DNA of 64,000 nt from Ptychomitrium polyphyllum (taxonomy: Eukaryota), in contig OZ316776.1 of the NCBI GenBank assembly GCA_973851085.1, positions 12,214,001 to 12,278,000 on the forward strand. The letters are read 5' to 3'. This document shows positions 25,066 through 40,700 of the stretch, one piece after another. Below the pieces are notes generated by a model, which worked only from the letters and a program-made list of their open reading frames with translations, ran no database searches and had not been told where the DNA came from. The position numbers were made by a program, and so were the translations under genes. Numbering within the stretch: the stretch's first letter is position 1; the number at the start of each line of letters is the position of its first letter.

Positions 25066-26926
25066 ATGGCTTCATATAATCATCTTGAACTGGGTAGACT
25101 GTTACTCGCGGCCCACATTATCTTTGAATTGTCCTTGTTGCAGTTCAGACGGAGCAACTTTAGTTTCTCCCCCTTAAGCACACCAGACCAACACAGTTTC
25201 TTGATGTTCGACGATGTCCAGTTTGAAGCAAACAGCCACTCCTTCCTAATGAGTTTGAAGGCAGGACCACTGCGACAGTCCAGTTGTGGGCGACTGTTAT
25301 TCAAGGACGAAGTAAGGATGAAAGACTCAGCATCTGGTGCAGTTGCTTCTTTCCACACCGTCTTCACTTTTCCAAATGACCGGTGACAATATTTACTCTT
25401 ATCCAGAATATGGTGCTGTCCATGCAGTGGGCTGGTTTTCACATTTGCCAGAACTAACATTTCGGAAGGAGTAGAGCCAGTATCCTCTCTACATGCCTTC
25501 TTAAAAAGCAACAAAGTGCCACTGCTTCAATCCTCTCTTTGCTGAATAACTTGACACTTTCCTGAATTACTGGTTGAACGATCCGAGTGACGGTCATGTC
25601 GGTGTCAAAGTGAACAGCATGGACTCCACATGATACTACAACCTCTATGGGGACAGCGTTAGGAACTTCACGTACCTTTGCAATGGTGGCTACTTCACTG
25701 CTTGGATTGAATATGACAATCGGTTGCAGAATCTTCAGGTCTGCTTTGCCAATAGTTCATTGTGCAACGACATTGCAAAACCGCTAAAACCGTTGATCAT
25801 TGCATGTACTGGGTTATTTGGTGAACTTGATTACATCCAATCTTGGAAGTTCACCACCTCTGGCTTGCTAGAGCTAGCTCATGTCCAACCTCCTTCCTCC
25901 GCTCCTGCCCCAGCACCGTACTTTCATAAACCCTGCTTTCACTTCCTCATCCGGATCATGAAAAATTGGTACCATTGCTGGGTCTCAGCTGGGGGTGTTA
26001 CAGCATTGCTGGTTGTAGAAATCTTCATCACAAGGCACGGGAGGAGACTAACGTCCAGGAAAGAAGATAATTCAGTCTCGTGGATTCGAATCTTTCGCTA
26101 TTCGTATTCACATAGAAAAAGCTCAGCAAGAACTTCAAAAGAAGTGAGCTACTCGGAAGCGGTGGATTCGGAACCGTGTGCAAAGGGCACTCATCCTTCT
26201 GGCGCTTTAGTGGCTGTGAAACGGATGCGAATGGAGAGCAAGCACGAAGTAGAGAGATTCCAAGCAAAAGTAAGCAACCGGAATCTGACACCGGAATTTG
26301 GTGCAGCTGCGAGGACTTTGTCATGAGGAAGACCGCCTCTTGCTTGTGCACGATCACATATCTACGGCAGCCTGGACAAGTGGCTCTTTCATTTCTCAGA
26401 ACAAAATGGGAGGGATCATTGACACTGATCGGGTATAGTTTCACATCCTCTGACGCTGCGGTGTTCTATTCTGAGTGGGGTGGCTGCAGCGCTCTACTAC
26501 TTGCACGAGGAATGTGCATAATGCGTGTTGCATCAGGACATCAGGTGCAGCAATGTGCTGCTGAATGGCAATTGGAATGCGTATCAGGGAGATTTCGGTC
26601 GTACCCGTGTATTTAACCACCAGAAGATGAAGAAGTGCATAAAAGCAGGAACATTGGGGTACATGGCCCCGGAGACGCCCCACACAGGTAAAGAGATTAC
26701 GGGTAAAGAACCAAGTAGTGGGACACTTGCAGCACCAGATGCTCCAATGGAGAACAAGAAGACAACTGCAAATCTGATGCACTTCGGGCTTCTGTGCTGC
26801 AACCGTAATCCCAATGACCGACCATCCATGCGCCTGGTGTCCCAATTGCTGCAGTCATCGGAGCACGTGGCGACATATCTGCCTCCGCTAACAGATTTGC
26901 AAATCTCAGAGCTTTCTCTCTGGTAA
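25066..26926 (+). pseudogene. L-type (legume lectin) receptor-like kinase pseudogene
   Basis: Colinear motifs across several frames. Lectin: VASFHTVFTF, GLVFTF, NDPSDGHVGVKVNSMDS, AWIEYD, YIQSWKF. A TM remnant. Kinase: LLGSGGFGTVCKG, LVAVKR, LHQDIRCSNVLL, GDFG, AGTLGYMAPE, FGLLCC..DRPSMR. Frameshifts, stops, HRD to HQD, and subdomain IX missing. Confidence 0.88.
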
Positions 26927-29900
26927 AGAATTTCCTGAAATACTAGTAGCCAGGTCTTGATCGTCTTGATCATCGTCCAGCGCTCCCAGAGTCCAACACG
27001 CTGCGCAACAATCATCCCCATCCGCCACTACTGCCCCATCTTCTAGTATTTTGTCTCGGGAGCCTGCCAACAGTATGCTAATGTCCTTTCGCGCTCCAGC
27101 AGCGTCACTCTTTTCAGGTCGCTGAGCTCAAATTGTTGATGATTTTGGAGTCGAAGGGAGTATTTGATGCTGCTATTCTAGTGAAATGCTGTTCTGGATT
27201 TAACACGTGCACCTTTGCAAATCTTACGATTGTTGCTCCAACTTGTCATCTACCTGGTACTCACCTCCCTTTGGTCTTCTGTCGACGATATGGCAAATCA
27301 ATCTTCTAAATCTTTTTCAGGGCTTCATAGTTGGTGTCTGGTTTCGTGAGCTGTGATGGTCAAACGCTGTGCTGGAATGGTACCTAAGCACTCACTGGAA
27401 CTATGCTTTGAGGATGTGAAAGTTGGCAATTGATGAAGATCGACCATCTATGTGACATGAAGCTGTTATTGGCCTTTCTCCAACTTGCAAATCTGAGGGC
27501 TACAGTATTACTCTTGATCGGGATTTCCGAAAGATGCTATCAATGAGCTATGTCTTGGTCGGAGTCTTCGTCCAGCGTTATCAGTATCCAAAATGGTGAG
27601 TAAAGGTTACACCGATCGCCCTCTAGTCAGTGATTTGCTTGGTGAGCCTGTCAGCAATATGCAATCATCCTGTGTCACGTTGACGGCAGTCTTTTGAAGT
27701 TGCTGAGTTCAAATCGGTGATCTACTTAGTTTCAAAAAAACCAAGTAAAAATTACAAACTAGTGATCCAGTTGTTAAATTGAGGCTGAAGTGCTATGCTT
27801 GTGATGAAAGTGGAATGTTGAACTCAACCCGAATCTCCGAGGGCTAAAAATAGATATCTTCTAAATATACCATTAGACATCAGAACATCAATTTTTAACT
27901 AAATTTTTGTATAGTTTGAAATTATTGAAATAAGAGAGCAAAGGTATATACTACATTTTGATTTATAATACATTTTTGAGCTTTCATTCAAAAAAATGCT
28001 AGAGAGTACTCAAAAAAGAACAAGAAGAAACATTTTTGGATATATAAAATCAATTAAATGGGCATATATGGTCATTTTGGAATTAGTATAAATTTTTTAA
28101 AAAGATTTGTTGAAGTTTAGATGGCGGATGATTGGATTTGATGAATTTAGTAGAAACAAAGAAATTGTAGATAAAAACTATGTACAAGAAATTAAAGGAT
28201 TGTTAGCATTGAAAGTATGTAAGTGTTAGTAAGGTGTGCTTTTTATTATTGTAAATATTTTAATTTTAAAAAACAAAATTAGAAATAAATCAATCTACAA
28301 GAAATTTTTAATTGAAGTAGAAGTTAAACAATAAGTAGTATAATATATCTAATGAAAATTAAAACTATATCAATTATCAAATTATTTACAAAAATAGCAA
28401 CACATTATAAGAATAATTCCACTTTTCTTTGCTACTAGGTGTCATTGAATTGATACATGCAAACAAAGCAAAATTAGAGTAGAAGCTTAAAACATGTAGG
28501 ACTATAATTATAAATGCTTAAAGAATTACCGTTATACCTTCCCAAACCTGAATAAAATACCAAACTAAGATGAAAAACAAGGATTTACTTTAAAACATAG
28601 CAAATAGTAGGAAACATAAGCAATTGAAAAGAGAAAACAATACAATGTTTAAATAGATCCTTTTTGGAGATAACACTATTATAAGGTTGTTTGAAATTTA
28701 CTATGCATGTGATTGCGGTGGCTTGAAAGTTGTTCACCAATTAATAATAAACTATGTTTGACAAGTTGAAGTGACAATATCCCTAACTAACAAACCTCCA
28801 TTTAAAGATGTTCCTTATGTCCACTTTTGAAGACACTCATTTGTAAGAAACACCAATTTTCACTCTTCATGTATCCTCTTCATCATGGAAAATCTCTTCA
28901 GTGCGTAACATACATTTAACACTTCTCATTTGGAAGGTACAACCTAGCTTGGAAAGATAGACAAACAGTTGCACAGACGTCAACTTGCTCGGAAGTCTTT
29001 GGAGTATCCTACGCTTAACCCAATTAGGACCCGATCAAAATCCAAACTAATCATAAAATCTCTTAACTGGGCACGCCGCAGGCTGGCACAGCCCGTTGCT
29101 TTGCTTCGTCAGCAGTGAGCATCTGGGCCATAAATACCATTACTCGTTCTTCTTTATGGATTCGTCTCATTTTAGGTAACTTCAGTCTCGTGTTGTTCCC
29201 ATGAATGTGAAGCACAATCAGTAATCTGTGGTCACGTGAGAGTTCAGATCCAACCCCGCTTTTCCGGCCGCTGCTCTTTGCTCACCAACACGGGAGTTTT
29301 GTGAACTTATAAACTAGATGTCAAGTTAAAAACTGGAAAGGAATTGCAGAATCCTATTCTCTGGTGAAGTCTATAATTTCCAAAGCGTATCCCTCACCAA
29401 CCAGAAATCCAATACAATCAAGTTAGTCATGTCAAAAAACATAGAAGGATATCTGCCCTCCCAGGTTGAATGTTATAAAAAACCAAAACAAGAGCCGTCG
29501 TGATAGTGACTACGGTAGTTTCGAGTATGAAAACACCTAACCTCAGTGAAGCACTTATCTTCAACCTCAAGGTTCGAGGCTTACGTTTTCAAGAGAAACA
29601 TGATGATTCCTAGATCTGCAAGACCATTCTTGATCCCACTGTCCACGTGAAGATTCTGTCGGACGTGGGGCCACTTCCTCCAGAAGTTAGAACCCGTCAA
29701 AAGTGTGGGGCTGACTGATAGATGAATAATAAACGGTACTCACTCCCTTCACGTAAACGGTAAAATCTGTCATATGTCTAAGCAGCTCAAAACAAAGGAG
29801 CGTTGCAACCTAGATCATAGTTTCAAAAACAGAGTTGCAGTCTAGGTCAATTGTTTCAAAAAACAAGGTTTCTTGAGATCTCTCATGGACTTGAACCATG

Positions 29901-31146
29901 ATTATCTGCCCAAGGTGCAGAAAGATCTAAACGTAGGTCTGACCACACAGAGAGGATGGAGTGCAAGAAGTAGCAATACCTGATACCTAGATTTTAGGGT
30001 CGGCAAGCAGTCTGCCGAATTTTACGGAAAGATGTACAGATATGGTGCACCACATCACATTTCCCAGCCGCCCCACCATGCAGCACACGAGTGCAAAAAT
30101 ATTTCCACCAAGATAACATCCTTGTTCTTTGGTATGATGTGCTTATATCACATGTGTTTACAAACACCATAAAACCTCTGTATCTGAGATAGCCAACCAC
30201 CGAAACCCCAAGTGAGACCTCATCTGATTGAGGTTTAGAAGCTCGTAAGAATGCATAGGTTTGTTGCCACAAAGCGAACGACACATACCTTTCTTTAAAA
30301 CCAAATGAAAAGGAACGTTGCAAACTAACCTTGAAGAGGAGACAAGGGAATGCAGACAGTGAAGTACCTTGAATACGCGAAGTTGGACAGTGCAAACTGA
30401 GAACATAACTCAGATAGGATTCGAACGGTGAGCAGCCAGAGGAATCACATGTAGGTCAATTTGGGCCACCAGGACGGCGTGTGTAAACGAAACAGGAGAT
30501 TGTTCGTGGACTGCTAGGGTGGACGACGAGTTTTGCACATGAACAAATGCTCTGAACGTGCACAGGCCCCAGGATACCTTCTAAACGTATCATCTTGCAA
30601 GATTGATAGTGATTCAGACAGATGAGACTCTAATGTATCGGTCGGTTTCTGTGGTGATAACTAGGACTCAAAACTTGCTGCTTGGGACATCAAACGAGTC
30701 TTGTCACCGAAGTGCATGAGCCGTGAAAGGACCTGACATTCCATACACATCATTGCCGATAACATGTGTACAGAGGAGCCCAAGACACGATTACACGACT
30801 AAAAAACTCATCATGCTAAAGAGCACAAAAGCATGCTCACCCTGTATACAAACTCGTCCGCATCGGGACGACAGGACCGACTGTTCAACTCTAAGATAAA
30901 AAGTTCCTAAAACCGGTTATCTCGAAAATTTCTCTGGCAGTCAATGGTGAAGGGGTCAAGTAAGAAACGGGCGGCTATAGATCCGGTGTGCAAACCGGTG
31001 TAAGACTCGTAAACTATACAACAAATACACGATATATCATATGCCGACACTTTGTAGAGTCGGGTCAGGCACATGACCTCTAATTAATTACAGAAGGAAA
31101 AACGAGATATTGTACATGTCAGAAGCGCTACCGGAGACCGATAGCA

Positions 31147-31723
31147 TTACGAGAATATCTTGGACGTCGACTGACCAGTCTTCAGCATCCTGAACATGGC
31201 AGCGCGTCCACCAGGTGCTGAAGAATAGCTTCCCCCAGTTCCGGTGGCCATCTTCATGGTTGGCATACGTTCTCTGCATTGCGATGAAACAATAAAACCG
31301 TAAGACTAAACTCTAAGAATAAACCTTCATATCTTGAAAATACAAAATCAAAAGGATCACAAAGATTACAGTCACCGTCGTAAAGAGTTTAACGCCCACT
31401 CACCCAATAGAAGTTGCTGGCTTGAGGGTGATCACGTCGTCCTCCTCGTCAGAACTGCTCACCACGTTCCGCAACCTGCTGGTGCCCTTCGATGGGCTCC
31501 TCGCACCTGGAGAGCGTGCTAGGGGAGGAAGCGACGCCGTCGCGGGTTTCTTGATCGGCTTCTGAATTTTATCACTCAAAGAATTCTCTATCAACGAAGC
31601 CGTTGAAAGTTCTAAGTCCTCCCCGGACCGATACGTCGTAGTCCTCCCGTTCCATGAGTGCGAACGATGCAAGTGGCACCGGAACGACCCGGAGTGCTGG
31701 GTGGGTGCACAGAGGCAAGGCAT
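31147..31723 (-). CDS. Small plant protein (148 aa) with N-terminal CLCAPTQHSGSFRCHLHR motif (plant serine-rich, CxCSPTxHPGSFRC family)
   Basis: Exon 1 31723-31404 (ATG, donor GTGAGT) and exon 2 31273-31147 (acceptor TGCAG) stay in frame, ending ...GGRAAMFRMLKTGQSTSKIFS*. Also has an SRLRNV..S motif. Confidence 0.82.
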
Positions 31724-34700
31724 TTTCACTCAAAAGTTGGGCAAAACCAAAACCAGAAAACACGACGTCGTCAACTAGTACGTCACAGCACTATCAAGAA
31801 CACCAACTTGGAACCCGCAACGTCGAGAACACACCCACTCAAGTGCTCTACTCAACGCTACGAACAAAAGCTCCAAGCAAAACAGATCGATTTGACAAGT
31901 GCACAACTCCACAGAACACGACCCGAAAGGTGGGAACTTGGCAATCAATCCAGCCCCAAAAAGTGCACGGCAGGAATCTCTGACAAGGTAGAGGACCAAG
32001 GCTCCAGATGAGTTTGCAGAATCTCAAATCGAAACACTCTGGGCGAGATGCGCAAGCGCTACAAGGCGGAGGAAATCCAAAACGAGTTGTCCGCCGAACT
32101 GGTGACCATTTATGCAAGCGTCGCGACTCGGACCTGCGGGTGGGTCGAGCCCGGGGATCTCTGACCCGGCCCCGGTTCGGCCCTGTCCCTGACGACTCTT
32201 TCCGTAAGTAACGCAAGAGCTGCCAGAGAGCTCACTCAAACTCACAAGTGCCGAGTCAGGGAGGTGAACCCTCTACTAGTTCTTCAAGTATGTAGAGTAG
32301 AAAATGTCCAATATCTGACAATATGTATGAAATATTAGATTTGAACTCCAAAATTAATGGACAATGAACCCAAAATTGCAATATAATGACAAGTTTTTTG
32401 CATATTTTGGTTACCTCTAAGTTTTGTGAGGGAACAAAAGTACTGAGGTTCTGTTCTAGCACAACTCTTGTATTTCTTGAGGTATTTCCTAATTTACTTG
32501 GTCTGTACCTTGCATTTGTGATGAATGATGACTAGGGTCTTTAAGCAGTGAGATGTGGTTCTTGGTTCATTTCCAGAGTGAGTGAAAGTGAAGTGTAAGT
32601 GATGTGGCACTTACAACACTTAGATTATTTTTGAGGGAGGGTGTGGATGTGGGTGGCAACTTATTCAAGTACAACAACACTTTAATGCTGGGGGTGTTTT
32701 TACTGGTGTGGTCAGTACATGGTTTCCAGTTCATGAAGGGTGAGTAGAAGTGTAGTATAAGTTACAATTGTGACCCAGTCTACGCCACTTATGGAGGGCA
32801 GCCTATATGAGTCCAACAACTCCGTACATCATGAGGTGTTTTACCTACATGGTCAGTAGTTTTCCAGTTGTGATGAGTGAAAAAAGTGTGAAGTATGAGT
32901 TAGTTTTATGTGACCTAATTTATGGTTCACCTTTGGGAGGCAGCCCTACTTCAACAGCTCCCTACTTCTTGTGGTATTTTGACTTTTGTGACCAGTGATT
33001 TCCACCTCATGAAGATGAGTAGAGTCCTTGTGTGCATTGAGAAATGCATCCACCATACTCCAAAAGTGAGTAAATGTGAAGTTTGAGTTGGTATTTTGCA
33101 GTTCATCTAACTCTCTGCAGGCAGCCAATATTGATCCAAAAGTGTTCAGAGTCTGGTAATATTTGCTTTCATGGATATTTGTTCACAATTTGCTGTAAAA
33201 ATCATTTTATTCATTTTAGTTATTTATTTAGAAAATTCTGTAAAAAAATCCACATGTAAGGACTGTTTCATTAAAAGTAAAACAACAAGTTACAAAGAGT
33301 AACTCCACTGAGAAATTCCAAGCAGCAGTAACAGCCGGATTTCCAAACATAAGCATTGCAGTTTGGGTAGGTCACCCTTCCTGTATAGAAACATCCATGA
33401 GCATGACTTTAAGGCAATTGATTATGGATGCAATGAATATATTACAAATTTCATTATTGAATCTAATTTATAAGGAGAACGAATTCCAAGCACTTTGAAA
33501 CATAAAAAATTGATTATTTTGTGAATAAGTTCTGAATTTTGATTTGAAGAATCATACTATTTCATTTCTTTAATGTTGATCACACCAATTATTATTCAAG
33601 ATGAGAAATGAAGACAACCTACGACTAGAGATGAAGACAACTTAAGACTAGTAAATAATGAAATATTGGTAATTATAAAGAATTGTCATTATGTTGTGTT
33701 TCTTGCATTTCTTCCAAACCTCATCATAGCATAATTCTTCACATAATTCTTCATTTAGGTAATTTACATCATAAAATGGATAATCAATAAATAAGTATAG
33801 TGAGGGTATATCAAATGCTTGAAGGCATGAGTTTGGTGACTTTGTGCATAAACTCCTTTAAATTTTAGGAGAATAAAATCATGACAATAGAATTGTAGCT
33901 TTACATCATGGAATAATATCTTTCAAAGAAGATGTTACAAGGGGTCATAAAGAATGTTATGATGCTATAGTGTAAGTGATTTTGGTTTATGACATCCTCA
34001 AGAGAATACCAGAGGTCTTCTTCATAGTGTTACAAGTTTTTGTTGTGAATGAAATGTAGTGAATTTGGGCTTCCACAAAAGCACCAAGAGCACCATCTCA
34101 CACATGGAAGAGGTTGTAGAAAATATTTGGTATTAAATTTATCTGCATCAGCAAGGCAATTGATACCACATCCTATTATTTTGTTGCTTTTGGAAGGACA
34201 ACCACGACATAGAGTAGTTGCGTCTGTTTAAAAGTTGAACATGTTTTTATCCATATGAGATCAATGGCAACGTTGTAGACTGCCACCTAGTTGTACACAC
34301 ACAGCATGAAAAGGCCACAAGCTTTTTCACTTCTATGCCTCATGGCATCTCACTAAGTACAGTACTAGAATTCTTTTGTACCTGGCAGATTAGTCTTTCT
34401 TCTCATTCAGGAATGGTGAAACTTGTACTCCTGTAGGTCCTCAGTCTGAGTGATTTGTTGGCTTTGGACTTCACGTGTTGGTTTGACTATGAACTCCACC
34501 CAGGCTAAGTACTTAGTAAAGTGAATTAGGACAATCTAGTTCACAAACAGCAATGTTTGATAACAATCAAGGTTAGTGTGTGTTTGTGTTTTAAATTAGC
34601 AGTTCCACAGAATTAGTGTTTGGGTATCACATTTTCTAAAAATATTTTAGAAAAAGAAAACAACAATGATGATTTAAATTAATGAGAAATATATAAGGCA

Positions 34701-37700
34701 AAAAGAACATAAAAAGGAAAAGAAAAGAAGGAAATATCTTTTAACATATGAAACAACTCATCTTTATCTTAAAAAGTTTCTAACTAACAACAATGATAAT
34801 GAAGACATGTGGCAATGAATGAATGAAGGTATAAATCTAGTTTTAAGAATTAACACACAATTTTTCTTTTATTATAATTGAATAAGGTTGTAAACTTTAA
34901 ATGATAGAATAATTCCTCTGGAAAAAGATGCTCAAAGGAGTCATTAAAGAATGTCATGACTAAATAGCAAGTTAAATGAGGACCACTATCAAGACTAAAG
35001 GGCTAAGCAACTTGCTATCTACCTTGTTGCACATGTAATGCACTTGTAACATGAACTCACTTCTTATTTCCAGTGCTAGTGTTCACTCAATACACTATTA
35101 GTTGTTGTTGACAAAGGTAATAAAACAATTGACTTGTAATTATTGGTTTTATAATTTTGAAATTTGAAAGGTACAATTCAATGACTTCAATAAGCATTTG
35201 ATATTTGAGAGTTGTATTCTTCATCAAGTATGTTCTACATCCATTAGCTTCTTCATTTATTAGACAACTTCTATGCAAAATGTTTTATCTATTAAATGAT
35301 TACTATGTGAAAATGTTCATCCATTATGTGACTATTATGGAACATGAAGTAGGAAAAAGGTAGAGAATCTAGTGGTAGAACAATAAGTGGAAATCTCTAC
35401 TAAAATAATTTAGCATCTTCTAAGCTAATGCAATAATGACTTGTAAGCAAATTTGGGAGCTGATATTACTTAAGCAGGAAGGAAGAAACATATCTTCATT
35501 AACTTCTCGTGTAACAAAGAACAAAGTACTTTGTTGCCACCATTACTTACATTGCTACAAGATCAGATCAAAGAGGACCTAGACTAAGTCTCCCTAGGAA
35601 CAAGCACTAATATGACCAGGCTTACTTGTATATCATAGCTTGACATTAAGTTGGTTCATGACTCCAAAAATGAGTTTGAAGATCTCACAAGTTTCAACCT
35701 AGAGTCTAGGCCAAACAACATATTGTACAACTATCCACCTGCACTAAGGACTTCCTTCCATGAAAGATTGGTGGGTGCATCTCATGCTTACTCAGAAGTG
35801 CAGTTTCACTTCTATGCAGACCCAGTAGGAAAATCTGAACTTATAAAACCCTTTTCATCATTAGCAGGATTTTTAATTTGACATAGCATGACCCTCTCCG
35901 CCAATGACATGGTCTTTGGGTCCTATGTAACAAAGAGTCTCCAATCTCTACTCACCTCCATTGGTAATGCAAACCAGAAAGATCTTCTTCCTGTTTCCTG
36001 CATTGGCCCTGATTGATGGGCAACAACAGCAGATCCTTAAAGTCAACTACCATTCAAGCTATACATCTTTCTCTTTCTAAAATTTCACCCTAGTATTAAG
36101 ATAGATCTATGAACTAGGTATTTGATAGTACATTCTAATGTGTTATATAGAACAAACTGGCAATGCTTTTCCTGTGGCATCATTTAAGTTTTAGTTGCAC
36201 TTTCAATTCATGCATGAACCTCCTTTTGCAAGAATCAAGACCAGGGAATTTGCAGGGTTGAATATCCATGATTCAGAATGAAAATCTTTCAGAGCAATCC
36301 CTGAAATGCAACGCAGAGCAAAACATGTGCAAAGCATGGAGCTCTATTGGAAAGTGCTGGTTGCTTCTAACAGTGACAATCTTTTCATGAGCCTGTAACT
36401 TAAGTTGGTTATCAGCAAAATTACTGTGGCCAGCAATTACAGGGGATTTAATGTTACATAGCATGATATACAAAAGCTGTCAAAGAGTAGCTGCAGGAAA
36501 TGTATTCAGTCAATGCTTACACTGTCAACGTACAGTGCCCTACATAATAGTTACAAGATTTTGTTCTATATATATTTGTACTTGTAATGATGATTCCCAT
36601 GTCTCTGGACCTGCATGTGGGGATATTCCTCTTTTGAACAATCCTAGGATTCCAATCTATCCTCACATTTCACAGTTTTCGTTGTGACATGATCCTCAAA
36701 GTGAATGTTAGATTGATCCAATCTGCATAAATCACATTAATCAGTGCTGCAACAAGCAGCAAAGAGAACCATTTGAAGTAGAATTTGTAGAGGTAAAGAA
36801 TCATCATGAACCTCCTCAATTCAAAAGAATTTATGATCAGGTGTAGACAAAGAAGCATATTTACTGTTTTTCTTTCGGTAGGGATAGCAAGTGAACTTAG
36901 AACATCTCCTATACACACACCAAACTGCAATAAAGGTAATCTTTTTGTTCATTAGAATCAGGACTTCAAAACAACACCATTGGAAGCACATTAAGAAATT
37001 GCCTAAAATAGGCACAAAATGTTTTACATTAAGATATTGGATGATAAAACTACATATTTTATAAGCATGTTAATGTATGGGCACTATGATTTTAACAAAC
37101 AAACTATTTATCTTTGATAAAACATATTTTAACCTAATAAATTTTAAATAAACAAGTAGTTCAAAATACAATGTTTCTACACCAACATTAAATGTTCTCA
37201 TTAAAAGATACATGAAGGTCTTGTGGTATAACTATATTATATAAGTTCATATAAAACTATGAAAGCACAAACAAATAATTTTCTTCTATCATCTCAATAC
37301 TTTTCTATTTCAATAAATTTTTCATTTCACTTTTAATTCTTCATCTTAAAATTAACATCATTCTAAATATATATCTATACCAATTATATTTGCATTAAGT
37401 ATTAAACAATTATTGCTTGTATATACACCACGTAGCCATGCTCTAAGAATGGTATAAATGCAAAGTATATAAAGCAAGTATGACATATATAGCACTTATT
37501 TTTTAAAATTATAGTTATACCATGGGGCCTTTATAACAAGATTTGTCAAAAATAATTAATAAAATAAATACCATAATTTTTTTATAACTATCAAGATTAA
37601 TATTTCAAAAATTAATTAACATTAAAAATCAAATATTTGCCACTATGAGTCATAGAAGCTACAAATGAAGTGGTTGCTGAGCCATTTCATCATGCATAAA

Positions 37701-40700
37701 TGACCTAATTGCAATGATAACAATCCATGCTTTTTTAAAGGGTACAAATTTAAATACATTGCCAAAATTTGTATTTTCATGGAAGGCTAATAACTTTTGA
37801 GTAAATAATTCATACATTGTCAAATTAGGATTTTATAAAGAAACCTACTATTACAAGTGCCAAATTTAATATGCATATATAACACTATAATATATTTTAA
37901 TTATACAATTATTTATAGATCATATTAAAACCTATGTCATTTTGCATTATATCTATACAATAGAAAATTATATCTAAATCATTTATATAAAATATTAATA
38001 TATTGAACATTTTATATGGCTCTACTATTATTTTATACTAGGGAGTATATTTTTTGCTAATATCTTCAGACATATCATACTTGTTTTGAAAAAAATGGTG
38101 AAATTGTTATTAAGTGGATATATGAAATTACATATCATGCTAATACCTTTAGCATTTTGGTGTAAGAATTTTTTTAAGACCCTATACCTTTACCATCATG
38201 GTACATGAAAACTTACATATCCAACCCACAAATTCTATTTTATACTAGCAATTAACTTAAATAACATGGATACCACAATAACCATAACCATCCCATAATA
38301 ACCAAGACAAAAAAACCCTCAACTAGCGGACGCTCCACTCTTAAATGTTTTGATACATCCGTATGAGACTGATCTAATAAACCACATACACTTTATCAAC
38401 AAATGTTTGATACATGGGGCTATCTCCAGTTCTACTCTTTAGAAGGCTTCCACACAAACTAATTTCAAAAGTGCTCACAAAAGGATCTTGACTCAGAGCA
38501 ACAAGGGAGCCAATAGCAAAATACTGCAAGTGAATACTGTACACAGAATGGCCAAGCTAAGCAATCATGCCCAAGCTGCACTGAAGAAGCCTACGTAAAT
38601 GATTTTGTCCTAAAATCTCACCAATTTGAAAAACTTGCATTGAGATCCTGGTTATTGTCCCAGGGCTTCTTCACAGGCAGGCCCTTCTCAACAACAACAA
38701 CAAGAGAACAACCCACCCACAGCCACAAAGAGCCTTGTATCTTAACTTGGTTTGTTGGAAAGCTTTGTGAGCTATGGTAATGTACAGTGGGGTTCTTACT
38801 TATTCCATTGTGTTTGACATACTTATAACCATGGAGCAAAATTCGCCCATGTTCTAGTACATGAGGTACACTATATGAAAATTGGGGAGAACGTGTTTCT
38901 AGATTTTTTTTTAATTCAAATTCAAATCTTCTTTCGCCTACTTAATTCAAAGAAATATAGGGAAAATTCAAACAAATATAGCTACAGTTTTGTGACTTAA
39001 AAGATATGAATTTTCTTATAAAAAGAATGAAAGTCATTTCTAAGATTATGTGCAAAGAATCACAATGTTTTAAGGTTTTTAAAAAATATATCAAAAAATG
39101 TACATATAAAATATTAAAAAATTGGTGTTCCCCCTTATTTTCAAGCTACCATATTAATGCATTTGTAATTCATGAAAATTACACTACATGCAAAATCTTG
39201 CATCATTGAACCATTTTTGTATGATAGAGTTTATATCAACAACAACATAACACTTATTTATACAACCTCTAGTACAATCAACCTTTTTATTCAATCCTTT
39301 TTCTATGATACAATTACAATACATGATAATAAAACATTTAAAATTATCATTTTTTCATATTATAGAGGTAATGTGGGAATAACTTATCTAATAGTGATGA
39401 AATTTGAAAAGGAATAAAATCATTTCATTGATGTTTTGTTGAGAACCACATAGGAACTTTGTTGATACTTTTAAGAACTTATGAGAACTCTTTAAGAACT
39501 AAATCCAACAGTATGACATATCAAAAACATGATTTTCGTGTGTTTCCAAAATGTGTAAATCAAATAGGTGAAGCAGTTTATGAAACTTTAATCCCAGGAT
39601 GTGATACAAGTGCCAGCTGTTCCTGTCTGTATTCCTATTGAGCTACAGTATTTGGAATGTAAAGGTTCGTGAAGTTAACCACTATCTGTTCACAACAATT
39701 ACCACATACTGGTGTTGTAAACAAGTTTTTTGGTTGCAAAACTGAGATGTTCCTAAGTCAATATTGTGATGATCTTCACTTGTTGCCAGCATTCATCAAA
39801 AACCACTGAAAGCAGAATGAACATCTTGCCAAAGAACACTCTCAGGGGAGTATTTATTGCCCTTCCACAAGTGTAGGAGAAAAATTATCTCATAGGCATT
39901 ACAACTCCCATATCATTCTGTCTATATAAATTTGAATATATTCTGTCTATATACCTTTGCTTACACTTAGACAATGAATCCAAATCTTCCATGATGCAGT
40001 AGCAGTGATTTTCATCCCTATTCTCAATAAAGAATACCCATGAGCTGGAGTGTAAATCAATGTCAAAGTGCTGTACAGTAGTAGGCCAGTCTTGTGCTGC
40101 ATAGAGGTGCTGTACAACAGTAATTTAATAATTTAAGCTGTCACTAAAAAGCTATTTAGACTAGTAGATCCCACAGTTCAATATAGATGGAGCTCACAGT
40201 TTATATGCAAATGAAGGTAGTACAATTGAATTCAAAACATCTATTTTAGATGTTCAGCTCTGCTTTGGCACAAACACCCAATCATTCACAAACACCCTGT
40301 ACAAAAAAGCTTCTTAACAAAATCATACGCAATAAGACACATGCAGCATTTTGGCCTAGAGAATTTTGAACTTAAATAACATTAAGTTACAGTGGCCCTT
40401 GTTGTCACTTCTCCTGCTCTCGTTATCTTTTTGCAATTTCCATCCACAAGCGCACTATGGAAGGACTCTTTGGTTTTGTGCAGTGATAATGAACCAACCT
40501 TTATTTACAAAAAGAATAGTGTCTAAAGAATATTTGGTGCATCAAAATCTACCTAGTGAAATACTTTGCTTGAGTTGTCACTCCTGAACAAATAATTAAC
40601 TAAAGTTGAAAAGCAAGGTCCAGCACATGTCTTGGAATTAATTGTTTTTTGTTTTGTTTACATTGAAACACATGGAAGGATATTAGCACTCAGGAGTGCT

